Part shown: in pieces, positions 1 to 14,600 of the stretch
Layout of the letters: every line of letters begins with the position of its first letter
Position numbering within the stretch: the stretch's first letter is position 1
DNA from: Aplysia californica
Taxonomy: Eukaryota
Direction of reading: 5' to 3'
Assembly (NCBI RefSeq): GCF_000002075.1
Contig: NW_004797766.1
Span: 474,317-538,316 of the forward strand
DNA length: 64,000 bases
Notes under the pieces: generated by a model
The model's database searches: none
Told to the model about the DNA's origin: nothing
The model's input: the letters and a program-made list of their open reading frames with translations, nothing else
Position numbers and translations under genes: made by a program

Positions 1-1739
1 GGGGGAGTAAAAGAGAGGTGGGGTAGAAGAGAGATAAAGGGAGTGAGGGAGGGAGAGAGAGTGAGGAGAGAGAAAGAGAGAGTAAGACACTGAGAATGGG
101 GACATTAGGACTATACAATAGTAGTGCTCGTACTAGTGAATGTCTACCACATATTATTTGACAAGGCACTCACCGGTCATTGTGTCCCTGAGGAAGTCAC
201 CAGTAGGCTTTGGTCAATGAGCACGGAGAGACAAGTTACACTTAACAACACCACCTGCTGCTGGTCAGCCTGCGAAGACGCACTTGAGGGATCGCGCTAC
301 TAAACCTGTCCCCGTCGTTTTATAAGAAAAATTATAAAATTATGCAAAATGAGCCCCAAAATGTGTAATTATGCGATTCTGTTAATTTTAACACAGAATG
401 ATAAAGGAAAATAATCAGAAATTATGCCCAAAAAATGATCAAATGTTGCTAAATTATGCGGGGTGCATAAAACCGGGTGAAATCCGCAGCTTGCATTGTA
501 TGCTTCTGCGGAAGCCGAGAATGTTTCTGAATGTTCTCCGAGGGTGTGCTGGGGTAATAATAGTTGTAAAGCGCATAGAGCATGCTCTTGAGCTTGGATA
601 TGCGCTATATAAATGCTATTACTATTATTAAACCACGGGGACAGCTAAACAGGCCCACATTTTTAAATGTCCAGCGCCTGTGTGTTACATGCAATATTAA
701 ACCTGTTCTGACAACCATTTGTCCAAGAGAATCACATGTACAAATGCCCTCTTCCCACTTCTCCCATTGCTTTTTTTTTTATTTATTTGGGAGTTGGGGA
801 AGGGGATGTGTCTTGTTTTGTTTTTGTTGTTTGAATTGGTCGCTTTTAAGGACAAGCGGACTAAATAAATCTCGACCTTTACCAAAAGTGGAAATTGCCT
901 TACCTATCACAGAAGTTTGGTTTCACTGGTGTGTATATTTGTCTGGTCATTGAGAAATATCTCCTTGACTCCTTGTCTTTTAAAGAAACTGAACAAGGAG
1001 CAAAACCTTTACCACCTTTGATTTTCTCAAAACAGCATTTTTCGGGGTAGCCCCTTTTGCTTAAGAGCGTCTAATTTTGCTGTATCATAATGACGCTGTC
1101 CAACAGGACCACTTGTCTAAGATGACCACTTTTCTTCTTGACAGTAGGCGGTCGTCTTGAAAAGGTTCGACTGCAGTTTGGTTCTTTGCTTTGCACCTGA
1201 CAGACGTGTGGTTGGTTTTGATTAATTAAAAGAATTAATTTATACCAAAAAAATATCCGGCTTCTTGCTGCCATGTATCCTTCACAGTTGAGTTGGCCTT
1301 GTAACAAGCAAGGTCGAAACAGCCCGCTTCTTAAATGGTCAAAATTGTGTCGCTGGGGAACAAAATATTTGTAATTACCCCGGGTGGGTTTTTGTGTTTT
1401 ATTCAATCGTTACTTTCAATGTTTTGGAGCTCAACAGCACTTAACATTGGGGAAAAACTCGGCTTGAAATGGTGACCAAAGTTAGTCATGCAGGATTCCA
1501 AAGTTTCATGTCTTGTATACTAAGGTTTAAAAACAATCCTGTTGTTTTATAAAGGGATCCAACCTCTTGCAACCTCATTAATTTAGTCTAGGGGTTAGTA
1601 TTTTACCGGTGCTTGCTTTTACAAGTCTCGACAGGAGTTAAATTCAATGGGCCTTATGGACCAGCTTTCTTTAGAGCACATTTAGCATTCAGCTGTTCCC
1701 CTCCCTTCCCTCCCACCCTCTCAGAATGGCAAAGCCTGA

Positions 1740-1885
1740 TATGGTATGGTATAGAACAGCATGGAGCGGTATGGTGCAATTTGGTTGGGTGTGGTGTGGC
1801 GTGGTGTGGTGTTGTATGGTATGGCATGGTGTGGCAGGGTATGGCATGGTATGGTATGGTATGGTGTGGTGTGGAGTGGTGTGGT
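1740..1885 (+). repeat. (TGGTA/TGGTG)n pentanucleotide microsatellite
   Basis: Visible directly; runs into a gap. Confidence 0.95.
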
Positions 1886-3021
1886 NNNNNNNNNNNNNNN
1901 NNNNNNNNNNNNNNNNNNNNNNNNNNNNNNNNNNNNNNNNNNNNNNNNNNNNNNNNNNNNNNNNNNNNNNNNNNNNNNNNNNNNNNNNNNNNNNNNNNNN
2001 NNNNNNNNNNNNNNNNNNNNNNNNNNNNNNNNNNNNNNNNNNNNNNNNNNNNNNNNNNNNNNNNNNNACCTCTTTTCGACACTGTATGGTCACTCAAGAG
2101 TGGAAACCCCCGTCCACCTGAGATACTCGGTGATAGGACCAGTACCATAAGTAGGTACAGATCTATGTAAACTTCCCAAGCAACCCACGATGAAAAAACT
2201 ACCTAGAAAGAGTTGGAACAAGGGCCATGTGCCTCCCAATCCCCCATGGTGCCAACTAAATCTAACGGTGCACAAATACACCCCCCAAAATGTAATTGTT
2301 GGGAGTTTTACAGAAAAATGATACAGTAATCAGTCACAGATATCTCAAACACGTCGAGGATTGACAAATGTGTTGGACATATAATTATATCAATAAATGC
2401 GGTTTAACCGATACAGAAAAATCAGTCGGTGAGTGACAAATTTTACGAGCTACCCTTGGTTTCGAGTTTTCCATATTCGTGTTACCTATGCCCAACTGTG
2501 CGCCTCGTTTAGAGCACATTGCGTCCAGGTGAAAATACAAATAAATACGTTGTGTATTTATTGGAAATGCATAGCAAAATGAAATCAATGATTAGCTGCG
2601 TGAAACCTTGGGATACACACGCTGACAATAAGAGATAAGCCAAACTGTTCGTGACGTAATGTTTCAGAGCGATGAGCGACTAGTCCCTGCTGAGGGGAAC
2701 TTGTCTGTCTTATCAGGCATGACTGTGCAGGTTTCCACAGTAGCTATGTCGATTTTGACCAGGTCTTGTCGCAGACACTAACTCAGAACTATTAATACTA
2801 CAGTGGTAATTCTGTTTGTCTCTTAACTCACTGGGGACGCGCATTCTCGCTATTCGACAGTGCTTGGAGATGCGTTGTTTTTGGGCAGGGCACTTAGAAA
2901 AGGAGTGTAGTATAACTTCGTTATTCATACAGGTTTCGAAATCTGGTCTGAGTTCTTCTTTTTTTTATCTTAAACTTAAATAGGCAGACAACAACATGCA
3001 TTCTATTGGTTGTGTGTTTAT

Positions 3022-3195
3022 TTAGTAAGAATTTTGCGGTGCTTGCAACACAATTAGGTCACTATAAGTGACGACCATTAGGTGTTACGAGAAGTAGCGT
3101 ACCAGTATACAGAAAAGGAGAAATAAGGACGACAGATGTTCGATAATGAAGAAGCCTTAGAAGCAAACCACACCAGAGCACCCACCAACCACCCT
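3022..3195 (-). mobile_element. Family A short retroposon (diverged)
   Basis: Similar to 11280-11454. Confidence 0.7.
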
Positions 3196-5896
3196 CATGC
3201 GTTCTATGAAACAATAATAATACATGTAGGCCTACATGTGCTCACATTCGTGTCTCTTATTAAGCGTGTGGTGGTGCGAAGCGTGTTGCAACATTGCCGT
3301 TAGTCGGTTGCCGATTGGACGTGAGTCCACGACAAATCATAATGTATAAGGTCCGAAAGTGCTAACTCTCTCTGTACCTCGGTTCGTCAGCACATGGCCA
3401 CTTGATGGGAAGAATGTCTGTGACAGATATGTGCGGGGCACAGAAAGAGTTAAAGAGTGGAGGTCGTTGCCTCATCCTTCATTTATAGCAGATGCCCACC
3501 GGTCAAATTGACCAAATCTGCATTGTATGACTAGATCGGATCGGGTTGGGTCGAATAAAGGCGCTATAATATACAGTCCTAATGAAGGCTAATGCCCTAA
3601 TGGCCACCCCTCCAAGACNNNNNNNNNNNNNNNNNNNNNNNNNNNNNNNNNNNNNNNNNNNNNNNNNNNNNNNNNNNNNNNNNNNNNNNNNNNNNNNNNN
3701 NNNNNNNNNNNNNNNNNNNNNNNNNNNNNNNNNNNNNNNNNNNNNNNNNNNNTGAGAATGGGTACCCGTCTTGGATAATTTCAAGTTCAAGTCAACTGTA
3801 TAAATATAAGGTTCTGCTTTGCTTCATCAACTTTGACCCAGGAGTCTAAAAGGACCTATGGCACTTTGTGTGCGCAAACAAAAGATATGACCCTGCAATG
3901 TGCAGTAGACTTCTGACATGTTGTTTGTTGTAAAAAATAAAATGCGTCAAAAACATGAAATGGTGGCCAAATGATCGAGAAAAAAACAGAAAAAAAACCC
4001 ACTTATAGTAATAGAAATTTAAACCAGGGTCATTCACACCTCAGTCAGGCATGATATTAACTGAGTTAACTAGTATGTACATGTAATAGCATGCCCAGTT
4101 ACTTAGAAAGTCTGTTGATTTATCGTATTGTGAAAAAAAATGCATCCAAATAAAACTTTTAACTTAAAGTGGGACCGAAGTAGTCGGGGTTTTGTTTTAT
4201 CCACCTGAAAAGCAATGTAGTGTGGTCAAAAATTCGTGGCGCAACTTATCCTCAAATATCTCTTTAACGATGTCACCCAAACTTTGCACAGCAGTTTGCA
4301 TCAAATTGTCTTCACTAAATCATATTTTTCCACAACAATTGAGTTTCTTTATAAATGTAGGCCTATAAAATATAAATCTCCGTCGAAGGAAACGGGATTT
4401 TTGATTGTTCACAGTACATGTATGTGCACTTCCCGCTTCTCACACACATTTTGCATACGTATATGGCCTACATCACAGCTCACCAATGACATTTTTTAGT
4501 GGCAAAACTTATTAAAGAAATTAATTTTATAGTGAACACATTTTTTGCACTAAAGGTTCTCAAAACATGCATTTTCATCATAATGTTGCGATTTTTTTAA
4601 AATGACGGACTTGCTTGATAAAGCGATGTTGTCCAAGCTGTAAACCTTTTAATATTTATTGTAGAGATCATTTGTTTATTTTATTAGTATTTATTAAGGA
4701 ATTTTCTAGATCAAAGCTAAAAGTTGTTTACAAAAATATTAATCTGTTAAGACAAATTGATACAAATCATTATGCAAAAGCTGGAGAGTCTGTGTTCGAT
4801 AGTTTAGTAAATATTTGACAATAAGTCGCGCTACAAGTTTTTTTTTTTTACCGCACTTGGAAGTATTTTGACACATTGTATGAAACTTTCATTCTCCCCC
4901 CATGGTATAAACAGTCATGCAGTTGATCAATGAAAGAAACACTGATGACTCAGTACGTTTGTGTTTAACAAGCAACAGCGTTTTATTTTAAAATCAAAAC
5001 TGGAAGAAAACATCCAGAGGAACAATCACATCAACAAAAGAACAGAGACTTAACACCAGATATTCAAGAACTTTCCTACCCACAGTGGGGTGATATCCTC
5101 TGCCTTAAAACTGCTCAAAACAAATTCAACATGTCCTTGGTTACTTAGTAGTACAGAGGAATAAAAATCGTACATGTACTTTCACATTTGATACATTAAA
5201 AACAAAACAAAGTATTGATAGATTCCAAATGCTAAAATACTATCATATTATCCCAATCCCTCCCCCCCCCCCCTCCCCTAAAAAAAAGTAATAAATACCA
5301 GGACAACAAATGTTGCACGGAATGTCTTCACAGGACAGCAGTCTTTAGTTAAGTTAAAGAAAACAGAAGCACATTTACACAAAAACAGAAGTTGAGCGTT
5401 GGGAAAGAGAGACAGATAGGCAGAAATTATTGAAGGAAAGTAATGAAGAAAAAAACCTACTCAAATTATCAAGTGCATTCAATGTGGAACTTTTAGACTG
5501 ATAAATCCAAGAATTCAACAAAACTGTTTTAGAAAAGTAAGTCAAAGTAGAGGAGAATAAAAGACTAGAACAACACTGCCAGATGAAGTTTGTCTATGTA
5601 ATTATCACAGATCAAGTTGCACCACAGATGGAATAAAACAACAGCAAAAATTGAACACTTACAGTAATCATTAATTGTAGTGATTGTATCAGTAGTTTAT
5701 GCGGTGTACAGCTATACAACTTCATATAACACATCATCACCACTCTGAAAAACAGAGAAATGCAGTAAAAGTAGCACCATTTCTCGCATTGAGAAAAAGA
5801 AAAGCAGAATTTTGGACGGAGCTATTAATAAGACCTATACATATATATATATGTATATCTCCATTCTCTCTTTTTTTCCAAGGTTCCAGAACACAT

Positions 5897-8388
5897 CGTC
5901 ACCCATGTCACAAAAGGGCGTATCGTCAAAATTACCGGTTTTGAGTTACATCACTATGGTGTGTCCGGTAGGGGGATCTATGTTCTCTCAAAACGGCGTA
6001 TCGAGAGCTTTAAAAATGGCGGAGTCATGAGAAAAAAGCATTTAGTTTAGCCCTATAGCTCTCTGGCATGAAACTGCATCTCACATAGAGGCCTATGCCT
6101 TGTTACGCCCCTTTGAGAGAATATATGCTGAGGCATATGACATGACCGCATACGCCATTGTATGAGATGCTTCCTTACTTGTAAAAGAGGGGGATGTATC
6201 TCATTTCATGTTTAGTAGTCTTGCTGATTCTTTCTCGCAGCATCATTGTGGGACTTTTATGCGCTTCCTTTTAGTTCAAGAAGACAAGTGTTGTTTTGGT
6301 ACGCATGCTTTAAATTTCATCCTTGCTTTCAACGTTTGATGTTCATGCACCCATAAAGTGATAGTATCTTACCTCATTTGTAAGCTGATAAACGTTCACT
6401 TTAAAAAATATTTTCAGCAAGTAAAAGTTTTGATTAGGTCCTTGAGTCCCCAAAGATGTGGTATTGCAGAAAGGTCTGATTATTATTATAATTATATTGA
6501 CAATTTAGAAGCAAACCCGTCTTTCAAACCTAGTTTCTGAGTCATGCAAGAAGGACATATTTGCAGCTTGTGAAAGGTGTGTATTGCTCCTGTGCTATAC
6601 ATACAGTCACTTTGTGGAAAAAACAGGCTCATAATAGTCTTTAAAAAAAAGCCACATAGCATCGTGAGTAGATAACGGATAAAGCCAGAAGAGAATAACT
6701 CTGTTGTCGTTGGATATTGTACTCAACCTGAAAATTTCATGGTAGAAGGTGCTGTCAAGGAAGTGAGTGCTCAGAATTGAAAGGTCCACAGTCCAATAAG
6801 AATAAAGAAACTAACCACAAAAGACATTTTCGAGAGGAGTTCCTTAGCCCTATAACTGAAACTGAAATACATTTTGGCGTGCACAGGATTTGAGACAGGT
6901 ACGAATTTGAAAGCTATGAGAAATATGGTCGAAGCTGTCACACAATTGCGAATGAAACACACGGGGAAATGTTCCAGCAATATTACAGACTTGGAGACCG
7001 TCACCTACAATGTGAGTTTGTTGTTGGTCACACTGACAGCACTGAATCTATGAAAGGGACAAGCTGTTCTCGCGGACAGAAGACCAATAGATATTACTTG
7101 ACTGTCGATGGAATACCGCCATCTGTATGACAACATCAGCTGAAACTATTGAAGTAGACAAAAGATGATGATGCCCAACAACTGTCAAAGAAAGAGATGA
7201 AAAACTTCCCACCCTTAATAATGCTCATATTGCGAGGTTCCCTGCTGTTGACTCACATCACTACTGTAGGTCAGTTTCGAGTTAAAAGGACTTGTTCTCA
7301 AACCTGAACTGAAGAGGAGACAAAACAAAGGCTGAACAATCGTATCCACGGAAAAGCCAAAGTGAGAAAACTTAAAGAAGATGCTTTCAGGGAAAATATA
7401 ATCATAAACTGAAGTGATATTAAGGAACAGACTCAACAGAGACTATTCAATAACTATTTATTTCCTACAAACCCACAGTTCCAAACGGTGACCTTTAAGC
7501 CCCAGAAAAATCAAGTCAAAGACGTTCCATTGAACAGCCTAAAAAAACTCCCACCTGTAGCCAAGTACACTTTTCATCAAACTGGGGGAACACACATTGT
7601 TCTTTTAACTTTGCCACTTGTAACTTATAACAGGCTACCACTTGCACTGTGTTTTCCCATTGAAGTGCCTTTCCAGATCATTTTAATCTTTTTTAACAAA
7701 CGCTTGCGCAATATTTCATTGATAAACAAAGTACAATGTATTATGTGCTGAAACGTTTATAAGGTATTACACAAATTCATTACACATGCTCAGAATCTAT
7801 CTCTCTACTTATATTGTTGTTGTCTAAGGATGGTGCACAGTCCTGAAAGAAAGGATCTGTGCGGCACTAGTAATTTTATACTCATTGTTTTGTGCAAATT
7901 CTGCATAATACCTTGAAGACAAGTAAGAAAGCTTAACTCTTTAAGTCATTTACATTTCATATCGTGGAGACCCCAAATCTGTTTCATTTTCTTTTCCTTG
8001 TTGTTTTTCATTCCCGAAAATAGATCAATTTGGCATATTGAGTTGATAAACCTGTTCAATAATCAAGAAAACAATCCCTTTTCTCTTATATTCTATTACC
8101 AAACGATGTGGCATATTGTCAATCTTGTGTCTTTACGGACTTAATTATATTTTCACAAACAGGCGTATCAGCTATTTTAGACCATTTCTTAAAAAACTGA
8201 TGACGCAATATCTATAACCATTATAGGGAATGATAAATTGGTGGTTGTACTAATATCTTGCCAAAAAATTTAAACGAAAAAGCAAACGGTTATGCCACAG
8301 CAAGAATTTAAAAAGGGTCCAAAACTTTGAAACGCTCTCCTGAAAAATGCCAAGAATGCCCTTACGCCCTTTTGTGAGATGGGCGACG
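5897..8388 (+). mobile_element. Decayed Sola-like (Sola1-type) DNA transposon
   Basis: Imperfect ~27-bp TIRs (CGTCACCCATGTCACAAAAGGGCGTA / TACGCCCTTTTGTGAGATGGGCGACG) and a 4-bp TSD ACAT (5893-5896, 8389-8392). Broken ORF pieces MFQQYYRLGDRHLQCEFV, RYYLTVDG..SV and HIARFPAVDSHHYCR resemble Sola transposase motifs as I recall them. Confidence 0.72.
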
Positions 8389-10450
8389 ACATGCTCTGGT
8401 CTCTGATTAGAGAAGCCAAGGTTTGAAGACATCTTACGGTATCTACTTTAGCTTATTTTCTTTTTTTTTTTTTATAAACATTTTATATGCAGGCTACATG
8501 ATGTGAAAACATGACAAATAATTTAGGCTAAACTTTTGTAACTGCATGTTCATTGTTCATGATGTGGGTAGCTGACAACTCAAGGTAATATAACAGTAGA
8601 AAGCTGGTTTGCTACATGAACTTTACGAAGAAATTTTACTCATGTTTCATTTATGAATGCCCCACTTTTACTTTAGCTTAGTAAGAATTTTACAGCACTC
8701 AGAACTGCATAAGGTCATATGAGTGAGCAAAACAAGTCGGTTGCATTCACAACAGTTCACTGCACGATTTGATTTTGGTCAATATTTCTATTAAAATATT
8801 AAAATGCCCCATTTTGATACAAAGTTAACTTTCATACAAGAAAAAGCAAAGTGCTCTTTGACTAGATATAATAAACATTTTTTTTCATCCACTCTGAAAT
8901 CTACACCACTGATATATCATGTATTACAATGTAACCTCACTAAGCATTTTTTCTCATACAACAACAACAAAAAGTCTATTTGATATTCTTTTAAAAATTC
9001 ATTGACTTAGTAAGGGTCTCTGAGGGCTTGGAAAAAAATCTCATCAACCTACATTACAAAACAAACAAAAAGTATGAACCTTTTGTGGTGTTTTCTAAAA
9101 GTATCCACAAACTAACTAAACACAAAAAGATGCTTGCATGGGTACACTTAAACATACTGAGGTAGTTGTACGCACCACAAAATACCTTGATGTCTCTGTC
9201 ATAAAAAACATGAGAGAAAAACTGAATATGGCTTTAAATAAATCAAATTAGACTACTACAAAAATAGTAAGTGGCGTGAAATTTTAACTGAGTTATCAAA
9301 GTCTACTGAGAAAAAATGCCACCAGGCCATTTATCAATCAATGTCCAATAATAACAACTTTTCTTCAAGCTTCAAAAGTGATAGAATAGGGATTTAAAAT
9401 GTATGACATGTTTACATAAATTCCAAAACAGAATACAGTAAAGAGTCACTCACAATGAAAGAAAAATGTCACTCAGAATCATCGAAACAAAGATCATTCA
9501 AGAAAGCAGATTCAACATTAACATAGACAAAAATCCAGGAGGAAAAATAAGCGTGAGCAAATTGATGATTCCATACAACACTGCCAGTCAATAATCTTTT
9601 TTTTTAAATCAAATTTTTGATTCCATCAACTAGTTAAACTGGTCTTTGGAATACAAACCCAACTATTTTCAATTTATTTTGGGGCTTAATTAAATGATAG
9701 CATTAAAAATGATATGAACATGTTCTGAAATACATAAAAACCAATGATTCCACCAAGACAGTTTCAGAAAAAGGAGCATAAAACAAAAAAAGAGATTCAT
9801 GCACTATACAACAATATATGTGGTTTGTATCTCTCCATAGCATGAAATAATGTGGTACTGTATGACAGATTTGAATTATATAACAATGTCCAAGGCCAAC
9901 ATTTAAGGCAGATAACCAACAATTTGTTTTAAAAGAAAGCGATATAACTTATTATCACAATGAACGTGTGGAGGCATTAGAGACAAGTACAGAATTTGCA
10001 TTTTAGAGAATGAAATGAAAACAAACTGTTATTAAACAAGGTATATTTTGAATCTGTAAGAGAAGAAATATTCAGACTCAAAAGCAGGAAATGTTCAGAA
10101 AATTCACTTTAACCTTTAATTTCTGTAACGAACCAAATTATGTGGGATTTTTATTGTTTTTCTAGTCTCACTTATTACTTTAGAGCTACAGCAATAAAAA
10201 AAGAAGTTATGACAGTTGTAAAAAAGAAACATTTAATTATAGTTTTCTCCTGAACATAAAAGCTTTCTGCTGCCATTCTCCACTGGGGGCAAAATGGGTC
10301 TGGGACAAACAGATAGCCTACCCTGTGCCTGGGGGCGACAGGGGCTTGTTACATTTATGTCACTGTCTGCAACCCTATTAGTCTTTATTAACATGAAAGA
10401 TGGAATCCTTTTTTTTAGTCAAAATAAAGATTATCAGAATATCAGAGTTT

Positions 10451-10976
10451 TTGTGGGGGGTTTTTGTAAGTGTTTTACAACGCTAGCAACTGCATAAGGT
10501 CATATGAGCGAGCGGGACATATCAAACCTTTTCAGTTGGTAAGAAATTTTGAATTTTGCCCTGGTGGCGGCCGAAGCCTACTCTTATCGATTTTAGACCA
10601 CCAAGGGATCTTTAACATGCGCAACCTGCACACGGGCCCTCCGAGATTTTTCGCCCTTGTCCGAGAAAGCTGGGAGTAGATCTTTCCAACCAGAAGATCA
10701 CGGGTGTGGCTGAAAGACAGCAGTAAGAAGAGGCCAAGGAGTAGCAGTAGAAAGCCTGCAGAAAGAGTCAGGAGCCTAGAAGAGAGGTAAAAGGAGGTGA
10801 GGGGAGGGGGCAGAAAGTGGAAACGAAAGCAGACGAAAGAACATTATTAGAGAGCAGGAAAGGGGGTGAAAGGAGACAATTTTAGAGAACATAAATTTTC
10901 GGTTGTCATCCGGATTTGAACTCGGAACCTTTGAATGAGAGGCCAACACCTTAACCTCTAGGCCACGAGAGCCCCC
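10451..10976 (-). mobile_element. Full-length tRNA-derived SINE (family C)
   Basis: 5' GGGGGCTCTCGTGGCCTAGAGG (A box) ... GAGTTCAAATCC (B box). Central GCATGTTAAAGATCCC resembles the Deu/Nin SINE domain. Shared 3' stem-loop tail. TSD atatc(a/t)gagttt at 10439-10450 and 10977-10988. Confidence 0.85.
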
Positions 10977-11279
10977 ATATCTGAGTTTGAAAATATGAGA
11001 CATTAAGAATGATACCAAACATAACACATGTAGAAACTATGGGAAGGATAACTTTATCCTGTATAGGGTTTCTTTAATGGGAAAGGCACACAGTATGCAT
11101 ACTCACTGTAGGCAGATAAACTACTTTTAAAAACTCATTTATTAAACAGAAACATAAATCTTGAAAGTTGAAGTAAACATTTCTCACATCGGTATAATGA
11201 CCGAAATATTCCTATACTTGGTTCTACGAGACATTTGGTTCCTTTTCGGAGTTCGACACTGTGCTCAATCAAAATGTCT

Positions 11280-11454
11280 TGGTTTAAGTAGGAGTTTTAC
11301 GGCACTTGCAACACAATAAGGTCATATAAGTGCCGAAGACTAGAGGTGTTACAAGAGAGTAACAAACAAAAAAAAGGAGGAGAGATAATGACGACAGATG
11401 TTTGATAGGAAAGAAGAAGCAAACAACACCAGAGCACCCGCCAACCACCCACTA
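11280..11454 (-). mobile_element. ~170-bp short retroposon (family A) in the FBXO47 3' region
   Basis: Starts GTGGGTGGTTGGCGGGTGCTCTGG, ends in the shared stem-loop tail; 15-bp TSD TCAATCAAAATGTCT (11265-11279, 11455-11469). Confidence 0.88.
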
Positions 11455-11535
11455 TCAATCAAAATGTCTAAAATTGTAGACACCACTGAATCACAGACAT
11501 GAACAACAAGAAAAGAATGGTCATTAATTGTTCCA

Positions 11536-11636
11536 TCACACTTCTAAGACGTTTTTGAAGGCAAGGTGAGTCATCTGCTTGGCAAATTCAGTCATTGCTG
11601 TCACATGATGGTAGAACTCGGCATCATTTCCATCAT
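11536..11636 (-). CDS. FBXO47: FBXO47 last coding exon (DDGNDAEFYHHVTAMTEFAKQMTHLAFKNVLEV*)
   Basis: ggccag acceptor, phase 1, TGA at 11538-11536. Candidate AATAAA on the minus strand near 11143-11138. Confidence 0.85.
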
Positions 11637-14600
11637 CTGGCCCACAGAAGAAAAAAATAATTGAGCATTTTTTTTAAAAGGTGAAAATTTATAATGTGTC
11701 ATTTTGTGAGAGAAACATAAAAAATCTGGCTTAGGTCAAGTAAATGTTGAAATATCTTATCTCACAGCAAATAATATTTCCAACCATTCTAATTATATCC
11801 CTATAGAATCTATTTATCTGGTGTGCGATAGTCATCTACAAAATGTCTTTTTCATTTTGAGTTCCACATTCATTTCTCCTTTGCATTTGAAAGGCGCCTA
11901 GCATTGGTAAAAAACACTATCCAAAGTTACCATACCAGAGACAGTGTCCATATTATCTGACTTACTGAGCAAACACAAATACGAGCATTCCACTGAAAGC
12001 CCGCCCAAAGATGGAATTAAACAAATGAAAACTGGAACAACATCAAAGTATGGAGTAACCTTTTGTAAACTCATTGATTATATGACTCTTCACTGTAATG
12101 CATATCTTTGTCACAATTCACAAAGTCAAAGATACAAATTTTATGTACTAACATTGTGAAGACATAAAACAGAAGGTATAAAAATATGTTTCATCTCAAA
12201 TACCCTATTGTATAACTTGATACTATTGCTCTGAATGGTATGTGTAAGTAAAGAGAAGCATATCCACATGATACCAGCACTTTGAGGCAGAAATAAGTAG
12301 AGTAAGACAAAAGAGAAACAACAGGAAAGGGGTCTTTCGATTTTAAAGAAAACTATGAAAGCCTTATCAGAATAAACACTGATAAAGGAAGATTTTCTTA
12401 CTGTACAGACAGACATTGTTTTAACTTGCTACATATATTATTATGATTGTAAGACCATCAGTTTTTATTCTACCAAACTGCCTTAACACTCTCTTGGTTA
12501 TACTAACACCGAATCAACCTTAGAAATGTGATCAAAACAGTCATAGAGCATAAAATCAGACATCAGGGCTTTTATTCTACAAGACCGTTGACCCTAATTG
12601 GTTGTCACGTTCAACCATAGTGAATCAAGTCAAGCGCTGGGTGCAAGCCTCTGACAAACGCCAAATCGCATAACAGCGTTTGTCTGTCTTGCACCCACTG
12701 GCAATCAAAGTATAAAACACCCACCAGAGTCTATGAACTCATGAGTATCCAGAATCAGCTCTTTGAACGTGTCAGAAATCCTGCAGAGCAACAAGAGTCT
12801 GTCCTTCCAGTTGTCAACCACACTTACAATACGCTTGAGCATCACCATCACCTGAGACATGCCCGAGTTGTTACTGTGCTTAACACACACCTGGGGACAC
12901 ACATGAGAAGGTCTTTTCAACTGGAATTTGAGTCAACCCCAGTCAGCCCATATCACATCAACAGGGAGTAACGAGACAGGAACAAAACTTGATTCTTCCA
13001 TTAGCTTTCTCAAAAATGTATAGCTCTGAGGTCAACAGATATAATAGGTGAATTATTGTGTGGGTTTAAATAAAGCACCTTTCAAAACTGTAAGGTCTTT
13101 CAAGAGTCAAGACCTCTGAAACAAACATCAATCTGCATGCGGAACACCTTGAAAATTTCTCTAACAATCCAAGTTCAAAAATGCTCCATTGGAGATTAGA
13201 ATCAGTGTTATCCGCACCATAGCTCAGCATGAGCTCTGAGGGAATAAACATTGATATAATATCAACTGGAAACAACAAAAAGAGAACTGAAAAGTTACAT
13301 CGAGCCAATCCCATTATATGGGTGCGAAGCATGGACAATCAATAAACAGCTGGAAAGAACAATTGTGGCGACAGTTGTGGTTCATAAGAAAATGCTATGT
13401 ATCCCAAGGACTGCTAGAAAAACAAATGAAGAAGTCTTAGTTGAAGCAAATTGCAGAAGACAGCTTATGACGAATAAAAGAAAGCGACAGGCAAATTTCT
13501 TCGGACACACAATGCAGAAAGAAGCATTGGAGAATATTGTAACAACAGGCAAGAATGAAGGAAAGAGAGGCAGAGGCAGACAGAGGGAAAAGGTACTGGA
13601 CAAGATGACAACATGGCTAGGAGCAGCAAGAACAACAGACACCATTGCTGCAACGCAAGACAGAGTGAAGGTCCATGATCGCCCACGCCAGTTAGCAAGG
13701 CACCGGATGATGATAATAATGTCAAAGTCCATTTTCTGATTCACATTATCACTTTGAACTCTGGCAAGGAGTCATCAGCTTACCAAACATAGAGAGGCCA
13801 CAATGCTTGCCACTTCGACATATCTTCCGTTGATAGCTCTGCTAGCCAACATCTTGGTTGCCATGGGTTCACCACAGGCAAGGAGAAGACCAGCAATATT
13901 TTCGACCAACCAATCCTCAGGAGTGCCTGCAAAGAGAATGAAATAAGTTCAGAATGTACCATCACAGAAAAAAAAAAATGTGTCTTTTTAATAGAACTGG
14001 AAAAAAATATGAACATGATGCAAACAACCCTATTCTACACCTACATCACCCAAGAGATCAAGGTATGGATTGGACATGCCCTTCACATTTCCTCCCAGCA
14101 GGTTACTACAAATGTCCACTTGGCCATGAGTGAAAAAGAGGAAGAAAGAGAAAAACCAGCAGAAGAACAATAGAGATGGAATTGAATTATAAAACTGCAG
14201 AGACAATCCTTTGAGAACTGGGCAGGACTGTCCAAAGACTGCCATTAATGGCAAACTTTATGACATTCAAAGACAAATAAGAAATAGTTCAAAGAAATAC
14301 TGAAATGCAGGCAAAGCTGCTCGATCGACCACTTGTCCAAGACAATCACTAGTACAAATGACCATTTCCCATTTCCCCCTTGCATTTTTTCAAATATTTT
14401 AATTACACGCTGTTCAAAACGTCTAGCTGCCTAAGACAACCTTTCCTTTTACCAAAAACAAATATGGCAGGTAGTAAAACGGAGAGAAACAACTATAGAA
14501 TTTTCCCCTACTGATCATTTCATCGATGAGGCAGATAACTTCATCACTAGACCACTCAACGCTGTGCATGTAGAGAATCTGCAGAATGCTGGAAACGTTG

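Noticed and set aside
4164-4830. Kolobok-like element (TTAA|AG start)
   Set aside because: No matching right terminus found.
10905-10976. tRNA gene
   Set aside because: A/B boxes are present but continue into a SINE body with tail and TSD; no full cloverleaf.
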